A stretch of 64,000 bases of DNA, taken from NCBI GenBank assembly GCA_951406725.2, contig OX597821.1, positions 43,586,001-43,650,000 of the forward strand, given 5' to 3'. Each line of letters opens with the position of its first letter. Position 1 is the stretch's first letter. The notes beneath the pieces are model-generated. The model did no database searches. It was not told where the DNA came from and was given only the letters and a program-made list of their open reading frames with translations. Below are positions 40,125 to 52,435 of this stretch, piece after piece. Source of the DNA: Octopus vulgaris. Its lineage: Eukaryota. A program made the translations under genes and the position numbers.

Positions 40125-41515
40125 CGACTGGTTCCATGGTATCAAGAATAAATCAGCCTGTAGAATCACCCAGATCAACATTGTTGACTTCTACCCTTCC
40201 ATATCTAAGCCCCACGTTTTGAAGGACCTAACTTTTGCTGAGTAATACACCAGCATTAGTGACCTGGACATTAGAATTATCATGAATGTTAGAAAGTCAA
40301 TTCTGGCCCATGACGATTCCTTCTGGGGGGGAAAAGGAAGTGACCCTTTGTTTGATGCCTCTATGGGGAGCTTTGATGGGGCTGAAATCACTGACCTCAT
40401 TGGGTTACACAACTTAGATACCATCAAGAAACATACCCACCGATATAGGTCAGTTCTCTATAGGTGGGACAGCCGAGCTATCTCAAGCCATATGAATGGC
40501 CACACCATGGACAAATTCAGGAAGGACTTGATAAAAATATTTAAGGAGTATGACCTGTCCATAACGGTTACCACCCACATGACCATGGTCGATTTCTTGG
40601 ATGTAACCTTACACCTGAGTATGGGCAAGTATTACCCATACAGGATGCCTAATGAGGATACAGTATACATTCATAAGAGCTCAAACCATTCCCCTGCAGT
40701 AATTAGAAACCTGGTTCCAGGCATTAGTAAATGACCATTTAATCTCTTGGCTAATAGAGAGATCTTTAACAGGGCTGCCTCCCACTACAACAATACTTTG
40801 GCTAAGAGCACATTTACTGAGAAGCTCACATATGTGGACAACTCCCAAACACCCTCTCCTCACCTCAAAATTATTAAGAGAAGGAAAATTATATGGTATA
40901 ACTCCTCTTTTAACCTAAAAGTTTCCACCAACGAAGCTAATTAAGAAACACTTCCCAGAGGCCATAAGTATTACAAACTCTTGAACACCCATAATATCAA
41001 AGTGAGCTACTCCTGCTTAGACAACATTACATCTAACAACGCTTGCATCAACAAGCATAAAAATGCACCCAGACCACTCTACCAACCTACAATTCCCCAA
41101 ACCCCACCATGTGCCCTCTAGAAGGATCTTGCTTTCAAGGATTGTAGTATACAGAGCCACCCTTACACCATCCGATGGTATTAGTAGGCTCTATATGGGT
41201 TTGATAGCTAATGACTTCAAGGTAAGATACTCCCAGCCTATGCACTCGTTCAGGTCCAGGAACAGAGAAAACTCTACTTCCTTGTCTTGTTTTCTCTGGA
41301 GACTCTGTGATCTCCGAGATGAAATACCCAGCATCAAGTAGGCTATTATCGACAGAGCATCACCATATTCACCTGGTGCTTCCAACTGCCAGCTCTGCCT
41401 CCACGAAAAACTGCATATCCTCCAACAACCTGCAGCATCCATCGACAAGAAATAGGATTTATTGTATTGCTGTCACCAGAGGTATGCATTTCTGGCAAAT
41501 TTCAGGCTTCTGACT
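40125..41515 (+). mobile_element. Penelope-like retroelement relic (RT plus GIY-YIG)
   Basis: IVDFYPSI, FDASMGSFDGAEITDLIG, VDFLDVTL, YIHKSSNHSP, RKIIWYN, VVYRATL..YMGLIANDFKVRY, CQLCLHEK; frameshifted. Confidence 0.9.
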
Positions 41516-42289
41516 GCCAACAACCCAGATATACTACCTTAGCACCACCTGCTACTCTGCTCCACCTGCACCAAGGTTACCACTACCAACCAACCCCATG
41601 AGCAGGACAACCATTTACCAATCCCCAATGCATACCAGTTCCAATGCTTACCAATTCCCAATACTTACCAATCTCCAATGCTTATTTTTGCATGTGTATA
41701 CTTATGCATGTGCATGCACAATGGTATTCATGTACACAGGTATGCATGCATACATGCATGCAAATATACATTTGTACATATGAATGAATATGCATGTATG
41801 TGTGTGTGTGTAAGCATGTATGTGTGTGCATGTGTGTGTATGCACATGTATGGGTGTGCATGTGTGCGCATGCATGTTTGTCCATGTGTATGTGTGTGTG
41901 TGTGTGTGCAGACGTGTGGAAAGGAATTTTGTGTGCCATGGGAGCATATTTGTCACTTTCACAGCACACACCATTGGTCTATCAGCCGCTACTAAATTCA
42001 AACCACGATGAACAGAGGAGATGGCCTTGAAGTCAACGACTTTAAACTAAGAGACAATGCTCATATATTGCTTGAGGAAACACAACTAGATCTCACTATG
42101 CAAATAAACAGTTGCATAATCAAATACCTGTATTCTTGGAGAACTAGGTTGTGTCAAAAACAATTGTAATGAATAATAAATAAATGTCCAGCCATACTCC
42201 TTCTTCTTGAATCCAATTTCTTCAATTTTATATTCACACCTGATGAATACCCAAATTTAAACTTGGAAGTATATAATAATATTATGGAT

Positions 42290-42690
42290 AGGCACAGGAG
42301 TGGCTGTGTGGTAAGTAGCTTGTTTACCAACCACATGGTTCCGGGTTCAGTCCCACTGCGTGGTACCTTGGGCAAGTGTCTTCTACTGTAGCCTCGGGCC
42401 GACCAAAGCCTTGTGAGTGGATTTGGTAGACGGAAACTGAAAGAAGCCTGTCGTATATATGTATATATATGCGTGTGTGTGTTTGTGTGTCTGTGTTTGT
42501 CCCCCCTAGCATTGCTTGGCAACCGATGCTGGTGTGTTTATGTCCCCGTTACTTAGCGGTTCGGCAAAAGAGACTGATAGAATAAATACTGGGCTTACAA
42601 AAGAATAAGTCCCGGGGTCAAGTTGCTTGATTAAAGGTGGTGCTCCAGCATGGCCGCAGTCAAATGACTGAAACAAGTAAAAGAGAAAAG
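42290..42690 (+). mobile_element. SINE family A, best-preserved copy
   Basis: tRNA-like head (gtggctgtgtggtaag, ggttcagtccc), internal (TA/TG)n, and tail gactgaaacaagtaaaagag. More than ten copies or fragments occur in the window. Confidence 0.9.
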
Positions 42691-43364
42691 AGAAAGAGTA
42701 CTGGGTAATTCTGAAGGCATTATACTGTACTCTATCACATTTCTAACAGAAAATAACATAACTATATATATATTTGTGTGTGTGTGTGTGTACAATAGAA
42801 AATAAACAAAGAGGAATATCACAGTCTGTGACACATACTGGATGGGAAATACTAGAATTCACTGTTGTAGTGTGTACTTGAAGGAGTGTTTGCCTTTCCA
42901 ATGTTATTGCTATTTTTATATATTATATTATATTATTCCTTTTTGTATAAGCTGTCATATTGTATGAGACTAAAAATATCTTCTTTGTTCATGCTCCAAA
43001 TATATGAAATGAAATGACTTTGTCTTATGAAAGTGAAAAAAAAATGGCTCAAACATTATCTAATGAATTTGAAGAAAGCGTTTTCACAAATTTACTACAC
43101 ATCACTTAAAAGGTACTAAAAGTTTATCTTGGGCAGGAATGAAATGCCTATGACTCTTGAAACAATGGATGTTACTGAATATGCAGTGTGTTTTTGTTTC
43201 AGTTCGAACATGGGTTTTCGTTTCTTCAGTTAAAAAATTTTTTAAACAATAAAACATAATTTTTCAAGTTAATTGCTAATGTCTGCAAAAATCAAACTGA
43301 GCACACATGTTGTTTTAGTGTTTGTGACCCTTGCCCCTCCTCATCTTTGCTGCTTTATTTCACC

Positions 43365-43502
43365 TTCTTTTTCTTTCTTATCTCTCCTTTTTTTCTTTCT
43401 TATCTCTCCTTTTTTTCTTTCTTATCTCTCCTTTTTTTCTTTCTTATCTCTCCTTTTTTTCTTTCTTATCTCTCCTTTTTTTCTTTCTTATCTCTCCTTT
43501 TC
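43365..43502. repeat. 22-bp pyrimidine tandem repeat, about 6 copies
   Basis: The unit ctttcttatctctccttttttt is repeated exactly. Confidence 0.9.
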
Positions 43503-43557
43503 CCTGTTTCTTTGTATTAAGATATATATATATAAATAGAATTAATATATATATATA

Positions 43558-43686
43558 TATTGTAGAACAAGTAGAAAGATAAATTTTAATCAACGTGTAT
43601 CTATGTGTTGATTAAAATTTATCTCTCTACTTGTTCTATAATACATTTCAATGTTTCGAAAACAAACTTGTTTGTTTATATCAGAT
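43558..43686. repeat. Palindrome with 37-bp arms followed by a minus-strand degenerate HHR
   Basis: Arms 43558-43594 and 43607-43643. Minus strand 43686-43646 reads CTGATAt-AAACAAAC-aa-GTTTGTTT-tCGAAACaTT. Confidence 0.75.
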
Positions 43687-43709
43687 GTATATATACACAC
43701 ATACATATA

Positions 43710-43960
43710 TAAATATGGGAAAAAAGACAACAAAAACCAAGGTAGGATGTATATATCACAAGTCATATAGAATAATTTTATTTTAGGGTAAATTTGAAGT
43801 CTTACAGCTGTTTCTGGGATATCCCAAGTGATAGGCTAGCATGTCTGTACACTGGGTATTCTGTCATTAGAGACAGGGTGAGTATGTATGAAAGTTCTAG
43901 GCAGGGAAATTCAGAGTTTATAAGGAATAAAATAGAAGAATAAAGAGTAAGATAGATAGA
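43710..43960 (-). mobile_element. HHR element of the 31270-31520 family (HHR at 43799-43874)
   Basis: Minus strand GTCT-CTaATGA..GAAAC-AGCT-GTA-AGAC; core G5 is mutated. Confidence 0.7.
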
Positions 43961-44041
43961 AGATTACTGACAGAAGAATAAAGTTTACAGCTCATCTTTT
44001 TCTAGAGGGAATGGAGGTAAATCTGTACTTTCGTGATGTGT

Positions 44042-44547
44042 AGGATGACCTCCCTTTGCAAATACCGATAGGGCACAGAAAGTATGCCTATAGCCAGCTG
44101 GAGGAGATGTTCTCCTGGGGCTACAAGCTACAGTAACACCCACTCTTAGTGGTTAGCCATATTGAGATGGCAAATATACCTCACATTGTCGTGCAGTTAC
44201 TGTTTATACCTTGTTCAGAGATTTATTATTGCTTGTATACACTTTTTCAAGATCAGTGATGAAAAGTTACTGGAAAAAGGATATTAATATTTGCATTGGG
44301 AACTCTTTTAATTGAAAACCAGTGATTGTCGTACGCTGATGATGGGTCAAGACCCAGAAACTGCAGTCCTTGCGTATCACTTAGGTTGACAAGGGAAGGA
44401 TGACCTCCCTTTGCAAATACCGATAGGGCACAGAAAGTGTGCCTATAGCCAGCTGGAGGAGATGTTCTCCTGGAACCATATTGAGATGGCAAATATACCT
44501 CACATTGTCGTGCAGTTACTGTTTATACCTCGTTCAGAGATTTATTA
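44042..44547 (+). mobile_element. Retrozyme/pLTR-like partial tandem repeat with a 355-bp period and a central HHR
   Basis: Direct repeats at 44042-44228 and 44397-44547; the second is 36 nt shorter. Confidence 0.8.
44321..44381 (+). ncRNA. Type I hammerhead ribozyme, near intact
   Basis: CTGATGA-TGGGTC-aa-GACCCA-GAAAC-TGCA-GTC. Stem I CGTACG/CTTGCG pairs at 5 of 6 positions, then an internal loop and distal AGTGAT/ATCACT. Confidence 0.85.
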
Positions 44548-45901
44548 GTAATAATCTAATTCATTTATTCAACATTATTTGCACAAAAAAATAATAATTA
44601 AACTTAATTATTATACATTGAGCTTAAGACATCAAGTCAGAAAAATACAACAGATTGTCTATTAATTAGTATCTGGCTAAAATGAAGTCAGCCCATTTAC
44701 TACTGACAATCAATTTGATTATTGTAATTTGTTTAAATCAAAGTGTATTGAATCTCAGGGGTATTCAATCAGCCACAAACTCTCAGTTGTTCATAAAATT
44801 CAAAGGGAGCCTAGAGCTATAGTAATAAAGCATTTAGCGTAGGTCCCTTGTGGAAAGTATAAGCTATACTAATCTTGCTGTTAAGTTAATCCACCACTGA
44901 CTTGGGATATTTCTGTAGTAGGTCTGGAATAGGGATTAATGTGGCTTCTCCTCATGGAAGAAAATATCAACGAAAGATCACAAAGCCAAGAAATTGCTAC
45001 AGTAGTCCAATATAATTTATATGTACATACATTATCTGCATCAGAACTACACATTTGTGTGTCACATACTCAATCATCAGTGAAGGGAGAGAGATCTTAT
45101 AACCATACATATCTAATTTATAGTTGTTCAATCTTATGCTTGTATGCATGTGTGTGTATGCTGTACATGCATATTATAGCTGATCAAATACTGTCAGAGA
45201 AACAGGACCATTATTGGAATAAAGAGATAATTTGAAACCAATTGCAAATAAGGGCACATATTTTGAACTTTCAGGTGAAGGTTGTGAACTGAGAGTATGA
45301 GTTGCTTGTTTGTTTGCCATGGTAGTTAAACTTTAATGACAATATCTTGGCTAAATAATGTTAGGATCACCAATTTTACTAATATGGTATGCCATTATGG
45401 TGTAACATTCAATTTCGGGAAATGATTTGGTAATTATTAAACCAATACCACACTTAATAGCTCATGTTAAATAACAATGTGTAAGCTGAGGAAAAATTCA
45501 CATTTACTGTACAATATAAAGATGTGGTTGCTGTATGGAAATTCATGAAAATGGCCCAATGTATAGAGTATACCCTGATGTCTGGAGGCTGGTGCAATGT
45601 AGGTGTTAGGCCCCTGGCCAGAAATGAAATATAGGCCTCATTCAAAATGGTAACGGGTTCAAGTCATATGTGAAATGCAGTCCAGATGTGGAATATAGGG
45701 CCTGTTTCAAGTAGTAACAGGTTTAAGCTATATGTGAAATGTAGGCTCCATTTCAACTCATAATAGACCAGGTTATATAAAAAGCAATTCTTAAGTAATG
45801 GGCCCTCAATTTTCCTCTTACTGGGAGAGTAGAGACCCATAAAATCATAGCTCAATGCCAGCTAACCCAACTGTTCTCTTTTGTCCTGGTCTGAATCATG
45901 A

Positions 45902-46198
45902 ATACATACATACATACATACATACATACATACATACATACATACATACATACATACATACATTCATGCATTCACACACACACATACATACATACATACA
46001 TACATACATACATACATACATACATACATACATACATGCATGCATGCATGCATACATACATACATACATACATACATACATGCATGCATGCATGCATGCA
46101 TGATGCATACATACATACATACATACACACACACATACATACATACATACATACATACATACATGCATGATGCATACATACATACATACATACATACA

Positions 46199-46232
<34 letters not shown>

Positions 46233-46340
46233 CATTCATACATACATACATGCATGCATGCATGCATACATACATACATACATACATACATACATACATA
46301 CATACATACATACATACATACATACATACATGTATGCATA
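45902..46340. repeat. (TACA)n/(TGCA)n microsatellite
   Basis: Tetranucleotide run; similar tracts at 29870-30060 and 62826-63060. Confidence 0.95.
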
Positions 46341-46369
46341 CGTAACATATTGTACTGTCCATTAGTTAG

Positions 46370-46511
46370 TCACTTCATGGCTCTGGTATTGAAAAGGATA
46401 AATCAAATACCTAAATATTTTAAAATACAACATGTAAAGAACTTCCAACAAAAAGTGTGCCTTTACAAGTTTGATAATCCTTGTGAAAATGGTGATGAGC
46501 TGTTTGTTGAA
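46370..46511 (+). CDS. Weak candidate host exon (HFMALVLKRINQIPKYFK..CENGDELFVE)
   Basis: Open frame ending in a strong GAA|GTAAGT donor; the acceptor is weak and uncertain. Confidence 0.2.
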
Positions 46512-47427
46512 GTAAGTTAATCAATGACTCATTTATTAGCAGAAGCAGTGATATTCTCTCTCTCTCTCTCTTCATGTATATATACACACACACAAACACA
46601 CTGCAATGGATTTAGGCTTGCAAATCTCTGAGTAGCTCCTGCAGTTTCTGCATGGGGCAAAGCATCTCTGATGTTTATTTCACCCACATATGTATATAAA
46701 TACATATGGGCATATATTAGAGCTGGCGTGTGAGTGCTAAGCCCTATTAGAACTGTGCAAAGGGTAAAATGCAAGCAACTTTATTGCAATGCACCTGTTT
46801 GTAAGGTTAGTCAAGAAATGGGAAAAGCATAGCTATCTTTGCTTGTAAAATATTGCACTTAGTTTATAAAGGGGTTAGTCTTAGGAAGAGGCCAATACTA
46901 AAATTGCAAGTCATGTCAGAGTTGAGAACAATTTGTCAGTTCATTATGAATTGTGTAGGTGTTGATGGCAAACTATAATAAAAGAATGTAATGTATACAA
47001 CTTACAAAAGTTTTTAATAACACAGAGAGAGTTTGGTTTTACAATAATTTAAATTATATATAAATATAAAAGTTTGTTTTTATTACATAATAAATATAAA
47101 AGCTTGTTGTCTTTACATATGTAAATTGATACAATATTAAGATTATGTAAATGGGGAGAATATAGCTATATATGTAAACAGAAAGAATGTGAATATATTT
47201 GTAAACAGAGAGGAATATTTATATGCAAATAAAGAGAATGTAAATATATATGTAAGCAGAAAGAATATATATAAAGAGACAGTATATAAAGATATATGTG
47301 AACACTAATGATATATGTAAGCAAACAATATGTAATGATATATGTAAAGAGATACAATATAAAAATATATGTAAACATACAATGTAAACAGGGACACTGC
47401 AAAGATATACGTAGACACAGAGAACGT

Positions 47428-48185
47428 ATGAGGTGGTATCAAAATGTTCCCAGCCTAGTTCTGTAGCATGCCAACTGATGGCAGCACACAGTTGTGTATG
47501 TTGTGAAAGCTAGCAATGACCTTCATGAGGCAGTGTACTGAGTGATATCACAGTGTTTACTTTGCAAGTTGTGAAATTTGTGTTTTTGTGATCACATATA
47601 TGCTGTAGTCTGCAATTTTGTCATGGACAGCAACAAAGCGTCAATGGGAAATTTTGCGTTAAACATGGGAAGTCTGCTACAGAGACATTGAGAATGCTTC
47701 AACAAACTTACAGTGACAAGGCAGTGGGTTGTATGCACTGTTTTAAGTGGCAAGGTGCTTCAAAAGTGGAAGAATGTCTTTGGAAGACAATGAGTAATCC
47801 GGGAGATCAACCACGAGTGTCACACCTGGGAATGTGGTATTGTGCATCGAGAATTCATCCCCCAGGGGCAGATCATCAATCAAGAGAGCTATGGTGACCC
47901 AACAGGATCTGTGGAGTGCAAAGAATTGGATTCTTCACAACGACCATGTATCCTGTCACTGAGCTCTCCTCACTCATGAGTTTCTCACTAAAAGCAACAC
48001 AGTATCGCTTTCGCATCCACCCTATTTGCCAGGTTTAACACCTGCTGACTTCCATTTCTTCCCCAAGATAAAAATGCAGCTCAAAGGTCACCGTTTTATC
48101 ACTGTTGTTGAGATCCAGAGCAAATTGCAGAAGATGCTGACCCACTTGTTGAAGACGACTTCCAAGCCAGATTTCAAAAGTGGTA
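47428..48185 (+). mobile_element. Internally deleted mariner relic
   Basis: KFCVKHGKSATETLRMLQQTY and HPPYLPGLTPADFHFFPKIKMQLKGHRF. Confidence 0.8.
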
Positions 48186-49780
48186 GGATTCCAAAAGTGG
48201 TAGATAATCAGTACAGTTTTGTGGAGTCCACTATTAGAGGACAAAATTTAGCAAAAAATAAAATGACATCTTCTCAAAATAACAAACAACTGTTGATTAA
48301 GAGGGCCCTGAAATGGTGCTCATTCTCTCCTGATGATCCTTGAAACCTACTGTCATCCAATACGTGGACTTTTCAGTTGACTGCACTTGCACAAGCAAGC
48401 TATTTCTAAGTCTCTTTAATCTTTAATCCATCAGCGTTTTTTGAGTCTGATAACATTACATAAGACCTGCTGAAATGTCTTTTCATTGACAAACTGGACA
48501 AGTTAGTGAAAAGGGAGAAATTGGAAGAAATTGGGAGTTCAGATATCTGATTTTAGGTAGCATCTTTATTGATTGGATTTGCAGGATATATGTCAGTTCA
48601 CTTTGCTCTTTCTTAGAAAAAGCCCAGCATTTCCAAACTTTAATGTTAACCTCTCTTTATATAGACTAATGTAATCGTGATAAGAGGTACAAGTCATGAT
48701 TTACAGTCAGAATACAAATCTGTATCTATATTTTTATATATGTTTGATGTGTATACATGAGACATGTATGCATAAGATATATAAATGCAAGGTATGTCTA
48801 TGTACATAAGATCATCAATATCATCATCATCATCTAACATCCATTTTCTATGCTAGCATGTGTTTGATGGTTTGATAGGAGCTGGAAAACTGGAGTGCTG
48901 CACCAGGCTCCAATTGTCTGTTTTGGCATGGTTTCTAAAGCAGGATGCCCTTCCTGAAGCCAACTACTTCACAGTGTACTGCATGCTTTTTAGATTTTTA
49001 GATAGCACAAGCACAGGTGCTTTTTTACATGGCACTAACATAACTACATTTTATGTAGCACTGGCGCAGATACTTTTTATTTGGCACCAGCACCAGTAGG
49101 GTTGCCAAGTAACTTGCAAGACCTAGACCTCTTAGTTGAGAGAAGGAGTGTAACTGAGCGATGTGGCTGTGTGCCCAGGTGAGAGGGTAGAGATAGTCAT
49201 CTTACTGTAAAGTGATACTTGACTATCCCAGTTGGACAAGGAAGGAGAAGGAATGTGGGGGGAGAGTTAGAGAGAAAGGTAAAGAGACAGTCAGAGTGAA
49301 AGAGATAGAGAGAAATAGATGGTGTAAAAGATATATTAGGGCCTACCCACAGGGAATAGCGGAGCAGTGAGTATAAGTGGAATAGAGGGAATAAAGGGGG
49401 ATGTTCCATAAGAGTGTGAGGTGATATGTTTAGAGATAGGGAAGACATGACTATAGCAAGTGATTGTGAGGGAAACTGGAAAGGCTGGGAGGTGGGTAAG
49501 GAACATATGCGAAGGTATGGAGAGGCACATGAGAGAAAGTGGAAAGGCCTCAGCAGATAAGGTACCTAAGGGAGAATGGAGGAGAGAAGTCTGCAACAGG
49601 TGTTGGGAAGATGGGGGGGGGAGTTGACAGAGATCAAATAATGTGCATAAGAGTGTGAGGTGGGGGATGTGTCTGTAAAGTACATGTGTCTGTGAGTGGA
49701 TGGCCACAATTTCACTTAGGTTGACATGTCTTAATGTTTTATGTTTGAAGGTATAAAAGATATCTAGTATAGGGGCATTT

Positions 49781-49813
<33 letters not shown>

Positions 49814-50499
49814 ACCATGATGATCATTATCCTCCTCCTCCTCCTCCTCTAACATCTGTTTTCCATGCTGGTATGAGTTGGACGGTTTGATCAGAGCTGC
49901 ACCAGGTTCCAGTCTGGTTTGGCTTGGTTTCTACTTCTGGATGCCCTTCTGAATGTCAGTCACTTTACAGAATATTCTGGGTAGTTTATACATGGTACTG
50001 GCATGGTTGCTTTTATGTGGCACAGCCAATCTTCTTCAGCAAGAGGAGGAGGGGCATTAACGCTTCTACTGTGGAGGATGGGTCTTCTTGAGTACAGCAA
50101 GGCACCAGATTTGTATTTTCATGATTATATCAGAAAATCTGAAGCGAGTTTTCATACTGGTAGCTGAATGGATGTTAATTTTAGAGGTTGTTGACAATCT
50201 TTTTAAATAGGTGCTGTCAAGGGGGGTTAATATCCAGTTGAACACTCACTGTCAGGAAACTATGGCAGGCATTTAACAGTATGTTAATTGAAATACATGT
50301 ATATACATCACATATACATACAGACATATAAGCACATATATACACATACACGCATATACACCAATATCCACACACATATGCACACATACACACATACTAA
50401 GCATTTTTCTTAATTTATATTGAGATAAAAATTTCAATTCTTGGCATTTCTTCAAATAGAAACTATTATTTCACAAACGTTTTAATTTATTTTTTACAG

Positions 50500-50636
50500 A
50501 AGCTGAAGAACAGTTGGAGATGGATCTTAATTGTAGAGAGGAAAATGAAAATTCTTGTAACGGTATACAAAGAAATGGGATCTTGCAAGAAGAAAGTGAA
50601 ATTGATTCAGAAAAAGAGAAAAAACAAAATAAATAA
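50500..50636 (+). CDS. Candidate terminal host exon, acidic (xAEEQLEMDLNCREENENSCNGIQRNGILQEESEIDSEKEKKQNK*)
   Basis: Strong tttaatttattttttacag acceptor, purine-rich open frame to TAA at 50634-50636, non-repeat context. Confidence 0.35.
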
Positions 50637-51210
50637 AATATGAATGAAAAGAAAATATTTAAAACGAGAGATTAAATCAGGAATGTTGATGATAAGGGGC
50701 CAAAAATATAAATTCCCTAAAGTCAGTCATAAGATCTGTTGTGAGATAGTAGGTGAGAGAAAGGAGCAGACAGGAATTTAGAAGAAGGGGAAATTTGATA
50801 GAAAATGTTGGAAGGAATCAGTAAAGTATTGAGAGATGTGTAGAAGTAGATTGTAGACTTTTGACTGAAACCAATATACAGTTTACAGAAGTGATATCTG
50901 GGAAAAATTTTCAGGTGAGTGAAATGGCCATGTGATTCAGGTGTAAGACTGATTGTACAATGTTCAAATATATTACAGTTATTTTGGCTCGTCTGTTCAT
51001 AATTTACACAACTCCACAAGCCTCCATTGAAATAGACAACTGGTGCAGGTGTGGCAGTGTGGTAAGAAGTTTGCATCTTAACTACATGGTTCTAGGTTCG
51101 GTCCCACTGCATGGCACCTTGGGTAAACATCTTTTACTATATATAGCCTTGGGTCAATCAAAGCCTTGTGAGTGGATTTGGGAGACAGAAACTGAAACAA
51201 ACCCATCATA

Positions 51211-51243
<33 letters not shown>

Positions 51244-51988
51244 ATACAACTGCTACTGTTGACTTTAGAGCTCCATGTAGACCATTCAACTGCTTCCAGT
51301 ATAGTGCTTAAGCTACTTCTATTGTTACTTGTATTACTGGTTATGATATACAAAGCTAATGTAGGAGAAATTATGATAAGCACATTTATATAATTTGTTC
51401 CCTATGTATGTTCCACTATTGTGGAAGTTTGGAATAACAACATTGCATGTCCTGTGTGCAACTGGATGCTTAATCCTCACAATGGATCATCAAGGAAACA
51501 CTTCATTGCATTACGTTACAGAGATTAAATGTTTGTAACATGATGATGATTCCCTGACAATCCATTATGGTTAAATATTCAGTTGCACTTAGGACATCCA
51601 AGGCTGTTGTTTCAAACAACCACGAAGGTGAAATGTATGTAGATAACAAATGATCTGAAGTTGTATTTATCATAATTTTTCATATATACATTCACACATA
51701 CACATACACACATGTGTGCACGCACACACACACACATGCACACACACACATGTGCACATACACACATGCACACACACACACACACATATGCATGCATGCA
51801 CACACACACACACACACACGTGTATATAGACAGAGTTTGGACAGCTCTCTGCTAGCCAGCTCCATGTCAAACCATTTAACCATGAAAAGAGGACGGTAAA
51901 CAATGATGATTATGATGATAATGATGATATGTGTATGCATATATATATGTGCATATATATGTGTGTGTGTGTATGTATATATAGATAT

Positions 51989-52420
51989 AGGCGTAGGAGT
52001 GGCTTTGTGGTAAGTAGCTTGCTTACGAACTACATGGTTCCGGATTCAGTCCCACTGTGTGGCACCTTGGGCAAGTGTCTTCTATTATAGCCTCAGGCCG
52101 GCCAAAGCCTTGTGAGTGGATTTGGTAGACGGAAACTGAAAGAAGCCCGTCGTATATATGTATATATATATGTATATATATATATATATTTATATGTATG
52201 TGTGTGTGTATATGTTTGTGTGTCTGTGTTTGTCCCCCCAGCATTGCTTGACAACTGATGCTGGTGTGTTTATGTCCCCGTAACTTAGCAGTTCGGCAAG
52301 AGACCGATAGAATAAGTACTAGGCTTACACAGAATAAGTCCTGGGGTTGATTTGCTCTACTAAAAGGTGGTGCTCCAGCATGGCCACAGTCAAATGACTG
52401 AAACAAGTAAAAGAGAGAGT
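51989..52420 (+). mobile_element. SINE family A copy
   Basis: High similarity to 42290-42690. Confidence 0.9.
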
Positions 52421-52435
52421 ATATATATATACACA

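Noticed and set aside
42290-42365. tRNA-like A/B boxes
   Set aside because: They form the head of a multi-copy SINE, with no complete cloverleaf.
43015-43118. Short open frame MTLSYESEKKWLKHYLMNLKKAFSQIYYTSLK as a candidate exon
   Set aside because: There is an in-frame stop just upstream, no acceptor AG and only a weak donor.
45620-45760. Degenerate ~64-bp duplication; similar loose AT-rich repeats at 47165-47425 and 59545-59790
   Set aside because: The units are few and highly diverged, as expected for ordinary decayed tandem repeats.
45855-46362. Long overlapping ORFs rich in YI, HT and CMYV, and poly-K/E/S/I/M ORFs elsewhere
   Set aside because: These are translations of microsatellites, not genes.
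48333-48358. CTGATGA-tcctt-GAAAC-ctact-GTC, a hammerhead-like word order
   Set aside because: There is no stem II or stem I pairing, so it is probably chance. The minus strand looks more like a decayed LINE ORF1.
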